From an uncultured virus (IMG/VR IMGVR_UViG_3300011334_000503) (lineage: Duplodnaviria > Heunggongvirae > Uroviricota > Caudoviricetes), in IMG/VR virus record IMGVR_UViG_3300011334_000503: a stretch of 64,000 nt of DNA, one strand, 5' to 3'. The notes beneath the pieces are model-generated. The model made no database searches, was not told where the DNA came from, and saw only the letters and a list, made by a program, of their open reading frames with translations. The position numbers and the translations under genes are program-made. Positions 19,470 through 29,800 of this stretch are shown here, in pieces. Positions within the stretch are counted from its first letter, which is position 1; every line of letters begins with the position of its first letter.

Positions 19470-19878
19470 TTTTTATTATTTTTTCCATTATTGATGTAAG
19501 TGAATCTTCTGTTTCTTGTTCTGGTTTTTCTTCTTGTCCGTACTCGTGATAGTTCTCAGCAGCTTGACTTATAAAGTTAGCTGCATTCGTGATGTGATCC
19601 TGAATCCACGCTGGAATATCTTTCTCATCGTTACCCAACTTAGCCTTGAGCTCCATTGCGTGCTTGATGATGGTCTCTATGCTGTTGTTAGCCATAGAAA
19701 CTTCGTGATCCATTCCGTCTTCTTCTATTTTAGCGCCAGCTCTCAACTTTTCAAAGTCTCCAGCATCAATCTTATCAGCCGGTGGATCTAGTTTTGCGAT
19801 CTTTTGTTGCTTAGGAGAAAGTTCTTTTTCTTCTATTTCTTGCAACAAAATACGTTGCCATTGTGAAATACTATTCAT
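19456..19878 (-). CDS. Hypothetical, putative internal head protein
   Basis: N-terminal ILLQE; DHEVSMA and IPAWIQDHIT segments. Confidence 0.6.
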   Translation of the reverse strand: MNSISQWQRILLQEIEEKELSPKQQKIAKLDPPADKIDAGDFEKLRAGAKIEEDGMDHEVSMANNSIETIIKHAMELKAKLGNDEKDIPAWIQDHITNAANFISQAAENYHEYGQEEKPEQETEDSLTSIMEKIIKNGHK

Positions 19879-20165
19879 TATTTTTTCTTTTTAGATTTGC
19901 TTGCTTTTTTCCATAAAGTCTTATCTGCTTTTCTAGCTCCGCCTTTACCAGTAACAAAAGAATTTACTCTTGCCATTGCCCATTGGTGTTGACCAACTCC
20001 TGGACGGTGGCCTGTTTTCCATGCTCCTAGACCTTTTGCGTAAACGCTTTTTAGTACAGTTTTTGATATACCAGTAGATTTTGCTTTGTTCGCTAAAGCT
20101 TTTTCTGTTTGAGGATCGTACTCAAAAATAAACATCTCTTTTAGTATATCTAGTAGATTTATCAT
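19878..20165 (-). CDS. Basic hypothetical protein, putative internal head protein
   Basis: MINLLDILKE leader; VY.KG.GAWKTGHRPG...QWAMARVNSF motif recalled from uncharacterised large-virus proteins. Confidence 0.65.
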   Translation of the reverse strand: MINLLDILKEMFIFEYDPQTEKALANKAKSTGISKTVLKSVYAKGLGAWKTGHRPGVGQHQWAMARVNSFVTGKGGARKADKTLWKKASKSKKKK

Positions 20166-20172
20166 TGTTTTG

Positions 20173-20694
20173 TTATGCTTTTATTTCGCATCTTTGTAGA
20201 AAATCTTTTGTATCAACCACAATTCCTTCTTTTTTGAAATCTTTAAGTCTATCTATCACCATTTTTTTACGATTGTCGATATCTTTGACTTGTTTAAGCA
20301 TATCAACGATTCCGTCTATCATTTCTTTTTGATCTGATGTTTCTTCGTTTACGCTTTCTTTTTTACCAAATCTCTTTTCGTAAGCAGAAGTGGCAGCAGA
20401 CTTTTTAGTCTTGTATTTCTTAGTCTTAGCTTTATCTGAGTAGTCAGCTTCCCACTTTCCATAAGCTGATGGATCGTCTGATTTTAACTTTTTTACTCGA
20501 TTAATTTCTTTCTTCATTGCAGCGGCGTCCTTAGTTAAATACGCAGCTTTTACCTTCGCTTTTTTCTTTTCCTCTTTAACTCTTACGCAATTGGGAACCA
20601 TTCTATTCCCTTTCTTTTTTAGTCCTTTCTGTGAATATCCGTCCCAGCAGGCTTCTGATAATACTTGATCTAATATTTCTTCAAGACTGATCAT
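20173..20694 (-). CDS. Lys-rich hypothetical protein, putative internal head protein
   Basis: VLSE leader; CWDGY..KG.KKKG.RMVPNCV motif. Confidence 0.65.
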   Translation of the reverse strand: MISLEEILDQVLSEACWDGYSQKGLKKKGNRMVPNCVRVKEEKKKAKVKAAYLTKDAAAMKKEINRVKKLKSDDPSAYGKWEADYSDKAKTKKYKTKKSAATSAYEKRFGKKESVNEETSDQKEMIDGIVDMLKQVKDIDNRKKMVIDRLKDFKKEGIVVDTKDFLQRCEIKA

Positions 20695-21461
20695 ATTGTA
20701 TCTTTATTTATTTTTGTGTCTTTCTCAAACTTACTATAAGAAGCTTTATAAGACTTCTGCGTTTCGTCATTTACGTTTTTGGTATACTGCCAGTTCCAAT
20801 ACAGATCGTTGTTTGGTTTGAATCCGTAAAACTTGTGAACTTGTTTCTGTATATCTGTTACCACTTCTCCGTTCCAGTTTTGACCTGTGCAGATGAATCC
20901 TGTTTCTATATCTTTAATGATATTCGATTCACCTAGAGTGTGATGTCTATTTTCTAACCAAGTCAACCTTTCAATTAAGTTTTGGTAGTACATGTTAGTC
21001 TGTCCCCATCTTATAGAACTAAAAAACACGACTGCGTCTGATTCGAGTAGCTCTTTTGATATTTTCCACAGTTCGTCTTTTGGGTTATTGTAACTTGCCC
21101 AACACCTATGTTGTCCGGAAGGATTTTTTTCCTTGTCTTTAAGTTTAGCTTTTGGCAATCCACAGCTGTTACCGTCTTTTCTTGATACGTTGCCTTCGCA
21201 GGCTACTATGTTAAGTTCAGGAACATCAATCAATATACACTTATCGCGCAATTGATCTTGTATATACATCGCAATCATTTTTGATTTCGGTATATCTATG
21301 TCTTTATCATCCCAATTGTATCTGTTAGAGCAACTTAGCAGCAAAATTTTGTCTTTTTTCTTAAGAACATCAATAGTTTTAGTTATTGCCTTCCAAGCAT
21401 CAGATTGCATTTGCTCTTCGTGCAACATTATTTCTCTTACTATTTCAGTTAGACTTATCAT
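20691..21461 (-). CDS. Flavodoxin-like NAD(P)H-dependent FMN reductase family protein
   Basis: LLLSCSNR, ACEGNVS..C..C, LLESDAVVFFSSIRWG, LIERL; start re-called to ATG 21461 (MISLTEIVRE) just after upstream stop. Confidence 0.7.
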   Translation of the reverse strand: MISLTEIVREIMLHEEQMQSDAWKAITKTIDVLKKKDKILLLSCSNRYNWDDKDIDIPKSKMIAMYIQDQLRDKCILIDVPELNIVACEGNVSRKDGNSCGLPKAKLKDKEKNPSGQHRCWASYNNPKDELWKISKELLESDAVVFFSSIRWGQTNMYYQNLIERLTWLENRHHTLGESNIIKDIETGFICTGQNWNGEVVTDIQKQVHKFYGFKPNNDLYWNWQYTKNVNDETQKSYKASYSKFEKDTKINKDTI

Positions 21462-21462
21462 A

Positions 21463-21783
21463 TTACCATTTTCTACATGACCAATACCTTGCTTTCCAAC
21501 GAGGTCCTGGATTAGTATCACATCTGTGTCTCGCTCTAAAACTTTTCCTTCTTGCAGGATTGTTCTTTTTTATCTTTACTCCTTTTTGTCCGAAGTTTAC
21601 TTTAACTACGTTTCCTTTAGCGTTCTTAACGTAGACTTTAAATTTCTTAACATCACCAGCCATCGGCTTTCCCAACTGAACTTTGCGTCCTTTGTACTCG
21701 GCCTCTTGTAAAACGTTTACGTGTTCTAAGATATACTCTTTTAAACACTGAGGACAAAATTCTCCTTCGTGAAGTTCATGCAT
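21463..21783 (-). CDS. Basic hypothetical protein
   Basis: KKFKVYVK...KVNFG...RRKSFRARHRC...ARYWSCRKW; LQE site before the conserved part. Confidence 0.7.
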   Translation of the reverse strand: MHELHEGEFCPQCLKEYILEHVNVLQEAEYKGRKVQLGKPMAGDVKKFKVYVKNAKGNVVKVNFGQKGVKIKKNNPARRKSFRARHRCDTNPGPRWKARYWSCRKW

Positions 21784-22145
21784 TAGTGCAAGAATTTAAG
21801 TTTGTATTTAGTAGATTCAACCAGATTAACTACGTTGTCAATCTCGTTCTGAATGTAAGAGTCTTGTGGAACTTTAGTCCTTATCATATCTACAAACTTA
21901 GAAAGACCTTCGAAGTACATAAGAGCATTATCATCTTCTTTGATAATTCCTTCCATTTTGTATCCACGTAAGATACCATATTTTCCTTGATAAGACTCAA
22001 CAAGTCCGTCTATAAAAGGAATTATGCCTTCGTAATAAGCTTGCAAAGCCAAATGGGCTGCAAATGAGTTTGTCTGTAGGTGGTAAATGTGAGCCTGATT
22101 ACGACTCTGCATTAGTGTTCCGATAAATAAGCCGTAAGGTTCCAT
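21783..22145 (-). CDS. Ferritin/Dps-like four-helix protein
   Basis: AHIYHLQT.SFAAH.AL..YY....D.LVE metal-ligand pattern. Confidence 0.7.
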   Translation of the reverse strand: MEPYGLFIGTLMQSRNQAHIYHLQTNSFAAHLALQAYYEGIIPFIDGLVESYQGKYGILRGYKMEGIIKEDDNALMYFEGLSKFVDMIRTKVPQDSYIQNEIDNVVNLVESTKYKLKFLH

Positions 22146-23014
22146 TATTTTATTTTTTTAGATGCTAATTTAATATCTTTTTTTGATTTATTATCCATGT
22201 AAGAACCGTCTCCCCACCAAGCAATTACTGAATCTGTGTCTGCTGTTGAATGAAAATTTGGTCCAGCATTAAATACATCTACATTTTGTAGATTTTTATT
22301 TGTACTTATTAACTGTTTAGCGAAAGTAAGTGCAGATTTGGGATCTTTAAACTTTTTGCTTTGTCTTACGCCATCTGAGAAGTGCACTTCATAAGCTTCT
22401 TTAAGATCTTTTTTCTTGTCTTCTTCTTTCTTAATTTCTTTTTTAGAGTTTTCTATTTTCTCTAACTTAGTCATAAGATCGTCTATCTTAGTAGCTAATT
22501 GAGCAATAGTTTCTTTGTGAGCTCCTGATTCTTTAGGATTCTCTTTTATCATGCCTACGCACTCACTTCTTTTAGCTTCTAGTTCGTCGATAGCTTTTTT
22601 TAGTCTACCAACTACCACTTCTTTTTTCTTTTCAAGCATTACAGCAGCATCTGTAAACTCTTTGCAAAGCTTTTCTGCCATTACCATAGCAGCTTTTTCG
22701 TCCAAATAAGCTCCGTATACTTGAGAAGCATCGATTCCTGCGCCGTTGATTCCCATCAAAGGATCAACTTTGTGTACCAATTTGTTTGCCGCGCATCCAT
22801 CGTAAGGTCTCTGAACAGCATACATGTCTCCAACTTGATTGTCGAACCCTTGTCCAACATCAACGCCTTCATCTTTAGAAGCCATTTTGCTAAGCTCTTT
22901 TTCAGGAGTTTGTTTTGCGATCTTCGCGATTTTTTTACTTATTGGTTTAGCGCCTCTTTTTGCTGCTAGAGCTGCGCCAAATAATTTTCTTTGTGGTTCT
23001 GATACTGCTGGCAT
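22145..23014 (-). CDS. Hypothetical multi-module protein (DUF3008-like N-terminus)
   Basis: MPAVSEPQRKLFGAALAAKRG; modules separated by LKE-type sites. Confidence 0.6.
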   Translation of the reverse strand: MPAVSEPQRKLFGAALAAKRGAKPISKKIAKIAKQTPEKELSKMASKDEGVDVGQGFDNQVGDMYAVQRPYDGCAANKLVHKVDPLMGINGAGIDASQVYGAYLDEKAAMVMAEKLCKEFTDAAVMLEKKKEVVVGRLKKAIDELEAKRSECVGMIKENPKESGAHKETIAQLATKIDDLMTKLEKIENSKKEIKKEEDKKKDLKEAYEVHFSDGVRQSKKFKDPKSALTFAKQLISTNKNLQNVDVFNAGPNFHSTADTDSVIAWWGDGSYMDNKSKKDIKLASKKIK

Positions 23015-23037
23015 TTATACTAATTTTTTATAAATAT

Positions 23038-23607
23038 TTACAATTTTATGTTTCTCATCTCTTCGATCTTCTCTTTGATCTGTTCGTAAGCTTTTTTCTT
23101 GTCTCCTTGACTCCAATTTTCTTGTTGTCCAGCTTCTGTAAAGAACTGTTCTTTCTCATTATACCATGACTCTACTGCTTGTTCGAAATCTTTTAGACTA
23201 GAATTCTTATTAGCAGTAAGTTGGTCACTTCTATATTCACTCCACTTTCCTTGTACTCTAATATGATGCTCGGTCTCTATAACGCAATCGTAGCACATTC
23301 CTTGAACTGCGTACATTTGCTTATTAATATTCGTGGGCTTCATTGCTTTGCTACACTTAGGACACGATATAGGAAATACAGCAAGCCTTTTAAGCTTATC
23401 TGTTTTTGTTATATTTTGTCTTATTCCGTTTTTTATTGTCCAATTACGTCCTAACTCTTCCCAGATGTCTCCCTCTTTGCGGGATTCTACCTTTTTTTCG
23501 TAACCTGTAAGTACTTGAGTCTTTTCTCCGGCCTTACCTGTGATTAGGTTTCTCATCCTAGTCACGTCTTTCTTTTTAAATTCTTTCTTTAGTTGACCTT
23601 GATTCAT
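23038..23607 (-). CDS. Hypothetical Zn-ribbon protein
   Basis: CPKC...CYDC. Confidence 0.65.
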   Translation of the reverse strand: MNQGQLKKEFKKKDVTRMRNLITGKAGEKTQVLTGYEKKVESRKEGDIWEELGRNWTIKNGIRQNITKTDKLKRLAVFPISCPKCSKAMKPTNINKQMYAVQGMCYDCVIETEHHIRVQGKWSEYRSDQLTANKNSSLKDFEQAVESWYNEKEQFFTEAGQQENWSQGDKKKAYEQIKEKIEEMRNIKL

Positions 23608-23613
23608 AACGTA

Positions 23614-24099
23614 TTATTTTAATTCTATATATGCTAACTTAGCTTTAGATACTGCTTCCGCAAAAGACTTTTTTCCGTTTTCTAGTAAGTATTCTTTTGG
23701 ACTAATTCCAAAGTAGTGATCAAACTCTTTGTTAAAGCTTTCGTATATTACTTCGTTGTGTTGTCCGTATTCTCTAAGTAGTATTCCAGCTTGAGCATTA
23801 GCCTCGTTTTCTATTTCAGATCCAGTTTTACCTGAATCTGATTTTAATCTTCCTTCTTCGTTTTGTTTGTGATGAACCATTTCATGGCAAAGTGTTCTTA
23901 GAATGTCTGCCATATTCCTATTCTTAATATATACGAGGATCTCTGAAGTCTGAGGATTATACTGTCCAAAAGACCTCATCTGTCTGCTCCACTTATTATC
24001 GTTTATGAAAAATACCTTAGGTAACTCTTCAAGTCCTAAAGAATCACTAGCAAATCTTATAAAATTTGTAGCTATCGCTAATTTTTCTTGATCTTCCAT
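23614..24099 (-). CDS. Zincin-like metallopeptidase (HExxH)
   Basis: RTLCHEMVHHKQ followed by E.EANA. Confidence 0.75.
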   Translation of the reverse strand: MEDQEKLAIATNFIRFASDSLGLEELPKVFFINDNKWSRQMRSFGQYNPQTSEILVYIKNRNMADILRTLCHEMVHHKQNEEGRLKSDSGKTGSEIENEANAQAGILLREYGQHNEVIYESFNKEFDHYFGISPKEYLLENGKKSFAEAVSKAKLAYIELK

Positions 24100-24103
24100 A
24101 ATT

Positions 24104-26584
24104 TTATCTTTGAACTGCTCTATTTGCTGCAGTGAATCCTCCTCGATTAACTAACTTTATTGGTCCTGATGGATCGGATATCACGTATCCTTCGCCGCCT
24201 GATTCATCTCCTATAGAAGCTTTTACTCCTAGATCTTGAGAATCTAACTGAGCTATTATGGAGTTCTTTAGGTTGTTTATAGCTTTTACTGCATTGAATA
24301 TCTTTTCTAGATCTGACTGATTCTGTTGAGAATACTCTATCATTTTGGTTTTTTTACCATCACTAATAGTCTTCTCATTCTCCAAGAAATTAATAAACTC
24401 TTTAGCACTAAGCGTATTCATGCTTGCGGCCTTTGAATTCGTAAACTTGTATAGCATGTCAGCGTAATCACTCATTTTTTCTTGACTAAGCTTGCTTTTA
24501 TCGAGCAGTTTGTCTGCAGATTTAGCGCTAGAGACAGCTGATTTAGCTGCGCTCATTAACTTACTGTCTATCTTAGCTCCACTTTTTGGGAACACCGGTG
24601 AGAACACCATGAGTCCTCCTGCTGGATTGAACTTGTACTGCTTTGCGTCCTTAACTCCTGATTCTTTGCCGTCTAAGGATTGATAAACGTGAGGAATAAC
24701 TCCAACTTCGCTTTTGGTTATCTGCTTTCCTAGTTCGCTATTATCAGGAATCTTGTACGTAGTAATATTCGGTTTGAATACGTATTCTCCGTCTACAACT
24801 TCTGGTTTGCTTTGGTATAATAAGTCTCCTTTGAAGTATCCAGTGAGTCCTTTTGGCCAAGAGTTCTTGAACACATCGTAGGCATTTGCCATGCTTTTTG
24901 CGAAAGCAAAATTGGGTTTTGTTCCGCTCTTTTCGGCAGATTTTATTGCCCTATTCTTGAACATCGTCTCTATTTCTTTAGCGCTCTTAGCTTTTCCGTC
25001 GTATCCTTTTGCTGTGAATCCACTCTTGTCTGTTAGAATAAAGTTACCGTTTTCGTCTACTCCAAACACTACGGCTGGTGATCCGTCCCATTTTACGGAT
25101 GTGGTTGACGGGTCTTTTGCTGCTCTATCCATTACTTGTAAAGCTTTCTCTGCGCCCTTAGATCCGTCCCAATATATTAAGTCTTCTGGGTGTTGGATTC
25201 TGGCCGATGCGGCCTCGAGTAACATGAATAATCTTTGTATCTTTTTTAGGGACTCTTTGAGATCTTCTTTTTTAGGAAGTTCAAGACCGTCTTTTGCTAG
25301 ATCCTGTCTCGCTTGTGCTACCCAATCTTCGTACTGCGGCTTATTCTTTATAAATTTAACGATTGCTTCTACGCTTGTTAAGTCTTCAGGTTTTGCTCCC
25401 TGACCAAGTAACTTAGTTGCTATTTCGCTAGGATTTTTACTTATTACTTTGTTTGTTGCTCTATCTACTAGACCATTAAGATAAGACCATTTCATACCTT
25501 GAGCTTTCGCTATACTAGCCAATACTAAGTGCTTGTGAACTCCTTTGTAAGGACTATCCTTAGCTCCGCCTTGCATAGAGAACTTCATAAATTCAACATC
25601 ATCGTTAAACATAAAGTCTGATTGTACAAATCCATTTTTAGGATCTCCTGCTATTGGAGTCTTTACATGGACATTAGTTCCTGACTTTTTAATGTCTGCT
25701 TTATCTATTCCGTTTGATGTAAGCTTATTTATTAATGAATTTTGATCTATTTTATTTTTATCTACTCCAAGATCGAGGTCTCCGCTATCTGCTTTTTTGC
25801 CAGTAGTTCCAAGCATGCTGTCTTTAAGAGAAAGACCAGACTTGTCTTCTAACCAGTCTATCGTTTTGTCTATGTCTGCTAGTTTGATTCTTTGTGTTCC
25901 TTGAAATACATTTCCTCCCTCAACCAATAAAGTACGAATCAGAGTAGAAAGGACCACCCTCTCTTCTATAATCTCGTATATTGGTTTCGCCTCTTTCATA
26001 GAGGTTGCGAATTTTTTTTTAAGCATTGACTCTATTTCAGAATCATACCAACCAAAAATATCTTTGAACTGTTTTGGTGTTGATTTTGGATTAGATAACG
26101 CTTTTCTTATATTTGTTCCACTCATTTCACCTATTCCTTCAATATCGTAAGAAACGTGAGGAGCTACTACTAGATAACCATGTTCTGTGTACGGTTTTAA
26201 TTCTTTGTTGGGTTCGTACTTTTGAAAGTATGTATCGCCTCCGTCTTTTTTCTTGCCTATCTTGAATCTCGCATCCTCTTGCATATCCTTATCTCCTACC
26301 ATAAACACTATTGCTGTAGTCTCTGGATCATATTTTGATGTGATCTCTTCTGCTTTGTACGGATTTTTTACTTGAACTAACTGATTCGTTATTCCGTACT
26401 TGTTAGCGACAGATCTTTTTTCATTAAAATTAAGAGGACTTTTTGGAGGATCTACCTTATCTGAGGTTGCAATATACGTCTTATCAGATCCAAACTTTTT
26501 TTCTAACCACTTAAAAGCATCATAGTGGTGGCGTCCCATCGGTTGAAAACGACCTGGATATATCGCTATGATATTTTTTATCAT
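24104..26584 (-). CDS. Three-domain protein: cytidylyltransferase-like + Pol-beta-type nucleotidyltransferase + ATP-dependent ligase-like domain
   Basis: IYPGRFQPMGRHH; LGTTGKKADSGDLDL; KWDGSPA...FKGDLLY...EGYV...KLV. Confidence 0.7.
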   Translation of the reverse strand: MIKNIIAIYPGRFQPMGRHHYDAFKWLEKKFGSDKTYIATSDKVDPPKSPLNFNEKRSVANKYGITNQLVQVKNPYKAEEITSKYDPETTAIVFMVGDKDMQEDARFKIGKKKDGGDTYFQKYEPNKELKPYTEHGYLVVAPHVSYDIEGIGEMSGTNIRKALSNPKSTPKQFKDIFGWYDSEIESMLKKKFATSMKEAKPIYEIIEERVVLSTLIRTLLVEGGNVFQGTQRIKLADIDKTIDWLEDKSGLSLKDSMLGTTGKKADSGDLDLGVDKNKIDQNSLINKLTSNGIDKADIKKSGTNVHVKTPIAGDPKNGFVQSDFMFNDDVEFMKFSMQGGAKDSPYKGVHKHLVLASIAKAQGMKWSYLNGLVDRATNKVISKNPSEIATKLLGQGAKPEDLTSVEAIVKFIKNKPQYEDWVAQARQDLAKDGLELPKKEDLKESLKKIQRLFMLLEAASARIQHPEDLIYWDGSKGAEKALQVMDRAAKDPSTTSVKWDGSPAVVFGVDENGNFILTDKSGFTAKGYDGKAKSAKEIETMFKNRAIKSAEKSGTKPNFAFAKSMANAYDVFKNSWPKGLTGYFKGDLLYQSKPEVVDGEYVFKPNITTYKIPDNSELGKQITKSEVGVIPHVYQSLDGKESGVKDAKQYKFNPAGGLMVFSPVFPKSGAKIDSKLMSAAKSAVSSAKSADKLLDKSKLSQEKMSDYADMLYKFTNSKAASMNTLSAKEFINFLENEKTISDGKKTKMIEYSQQNQSDLEKIFNAVKAINNLKNSIIAQLDSQDLGVKASIGDESGGEGYVISDPSGPIKLVNRGGFTAANRAVQR

Positions 26585-26604
26585 TTGTTATTTGTTATTC
26601 TCGT

Positions 26605-26832
26605 CTATGGTAATGTAGTAGTGGTAGTAGTCGTACTAGTTGTAGTAGTTGTAGTCGTAGTAGGTGGAGGTGTTGGTGGTACTCCTCCAGCTAAAGCGTC
26701 TCTATCGGTTGAAGCGTAAGCTTTTGGATTTGTAAGTCCATTCAAACTTTGATAAGTGTCTGGAATAACTTGTCCAGAAAAGACGCTCCTATCGGATTTT
26801 GATTTTGCTAGTAAGCTAGAATTCTTTGCCAT
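26605..26832 (-). CDS. Small protein with Pro/Thr-rich C-terminal tail
   Basis: PPTPPPTTTTTTTTSTTTTTTTLP; ATATTTAT motif just upstream of ATG. Confidence 0.65.
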   Translation of the reverse strand: MAKNSSLLAKSKSDRSVFSGQVIPDTYQSLNGLTNPKAYASTDRDALAGGVPPTPPPTTTTTTTTSTTTTTTTLP

Positions 26833-26890
26833 GATAATAAATATCGTTTTTAAATTTTATGCGTGTTTATACACTATTACATATAAATAT

Positions 26891-29800
26891 CTAGTTTGTG
26901 TGTTGTACGTTAGATCTACCGTCTATCTTGTTTATTTCTATTTGGTGATCTACAGCGTCTCTCATTGAGTCTATGTGAGATATAATCATGATAAATTTGA
27001 ATTGATTTTTTAAGTGATCGAAGTAAGATACAATGCTTCCTAAGTTGTTTGTGTCTAATGCTCCGAATCCTTCATCTATCGCTATAAAATTAGGTCTTGG
27101 TAGTGATGATATATTGATAAGAGATGACCTTATAGCTAGACTTGATACAAACTTCTCCATTCCTGAAGTTAGTTCTATAGGCCAGTACCTCTCGTTATCG
27201 TAGGCTATATAAGCATTGATATTCTTGTCGTCAGGATAAAGCACTACTTGAAAATCTACTAGCTGTTGAAGTATAGCGTTTATCTCATCTTGCAATTGAG
27301 GTATTGTATTTGATATTAATTCGTGAGGAACTCCGTCTCTGTGAACTGCTTCGCTATAGTACTTATAAACATCGTACTTGGATTGAAGCTTTACCAACTC
27401 AGTAAGATCGTTTGTGTACTTGTCTCTATTTGAACTAAGGGAGTTTACTTTTATCAGAGCCTCAGTAAGATCGTCGCTTACTATTTTAAGGTTGTTCTCT
27501 ACTGTTTTATACTCTAGTTCGTAAGAATCTATCCTAGATTGCACTTGAGCGTTCTGTTCTATCTTCTTTTTTTCTTTTCTGTAAGTATCTAGCTCAGACT
27601 CTTTGTCTTTTATTTTTTGTTTTATGTTTGTTTGATCTATTTGTACCTTCTGAAGATCTGATTGTAACTTTAATGACTTCTTTTCTTTATCATTTATTAT
27701 TTGTAATAAGGCATCGTACTCTCTTTTGTGCTCCTCTACATTACCTAGCTTTTTAATCTGCTGATCTATAATTTCGATGTCTGTTTCTATTGTGTCTTTT
27801 TGTTTTATAAGATCCTCATGACTCTGTTTTGTAGAAATAGCGTCTTTTACAAATACATTATTCATACAATAAGAACAATTCTCGTCGTATTCCAACTCAT
27901 TTAACTTATCTAGTTTATCTTTTTGATGGGATAAGTGAATATTAAGCTTATTAAGCTCTATATTTGCGGTATTTTTAAGTTTATTTAGATCTTTTAGCGA
28001 TTGTAGTCTTTTATTTAGTTCTTCTATTTGTACTCTTTCTAATGTATTGTTATAAGTCGCTAAATGTTCTTTTATAGTAGTATGTTCTAATGCTATTATA
28101 GCTTCTTCAGTAACTTGTTTCTTTAGATCTTCTTCTAGAGACAACACTTCTGATCTTACTTGCTGTTCGTCTATCGCTTTAGAGCTTACTGATTGAAGCA
28201 TGATGTGCTCTTCAAGTATTCTTTTATTTAGACTATCCTTATCAATAATTAAATTATCTTTTTGGATCTTTAGATCGTCTATTTTTTGGTTTATTTCTGT
28301 TTTTTCTTGATCTATTTTAGATATTTCAGTAGAATGATCTACTTTTTGGTACTGTTTCATTACTGCAGAGATATCTTTCATCTCGTTGTTAGCAAAGTCG
28401 TACATAGTTTCGAACACATTGATGTCCAGGAACTGACTGAGTAGCTCTTTTCTATCCTTTTGGTTCATATCTATGAATCCAGAATTAGCTCCCTGTGCGC
28501 TCAGGGCAGTCAGAGTGAAGTCCTCGTAGCTTCCTAACACAGATCTTATGCTAGCATTAGTGTCGTTTCTTTCTTTACCGTTTAATGAGATTTTATTCCC
28601 TAAATCATCGGTATAATAGAAGTTAACTTTTACCCTAACGTTACCATTCTTTTCTCTCAATCCATCTCTTTCTATTACATAGTTTTTGCCATCTAACTCA
28701 AAATCTAGCTTACAATAAAACGTATTTGAAGAGCTATTTAGCACTTGAGAAGATCTATTCGTCTTAGAGCACTTGTCAAATACACAATAACTAAGAGCAT
28801 CCAGTAGAGTAGACTTGCCTGATGCGTTTGCTGCAAATATACCATAAGTTCCAGCCATATCAGTAAAGTCTATAGTATTATCTTTACCGTAACTAAACAT
28901 GTTTTCGAACTCAAATTTCTTTGGCAGCCAAACTATATTCCTTGAACTCTCTGTTTTTGGTAACTGTTGATTAATATAAGCATTTATAGATCTTATGCTT
29001 TCTTTTTGATCATCAGTTAGCTTATGCTTTTTACTTAAAAACTTCTCTATTAATGAGTTTTGCTGATGTTCGTCTCTTACATCTACTACTCTGCTTGATC
29101 TATGACTTGGATTATTTAATTCTTGTGGACCATTTATTCTCTGTATTGATTGCTCTACTATGGTTCTTTCGCTTTTAATTCCACTAATGATCTCTTTTAG
29201 TCTAATCTGATCGGTATTAGTATGTCGAACTCTAAGATATAAATTAGTAGGTAGATTTTCAGGAATGGGATCGTGCTTTCCATTTTCTACATACACAGTA
29301 TAGAATGCTGTATCGTTTGGTATACTAACGTATTCGCTAGATTTGTCTTTTAAGTTCCATACTAGAATACCGTGATCTAAGCTCTCTCCGTGATTCTGTT
29401 GAATTAGCGATCCAGGGTATGCTATTGTTTTCTCTTCATTAAGATATTGTAACTTATGAATGTCTCCAAGTAGAGTGATATCAAATCCATCGAAGTGTTT
29501 AGTTGTTATCTTTCCTCCTTCTAACTTGAATCCTACTTCAGTAAGCGCATTCTGTACAGCACCATGATACATACAGATCTTATAATCAGCCTCTATATCT
29601 GAAGCACATATATAATTATCGTCAAACACCGACCAATGACAGAAGGTCACATTTCCTATATTGAATACTTCGCTGTTCACTGAGTAATATAGATTCTTGT
29701 GATTAAGCGCATTGACTATTGGAGTCAAGGCATCCATTCTGTGGTTATTATTTAGATTAGCATCGTGATTTCCAGGAATAAGTAAAACTGGAGCTATATC

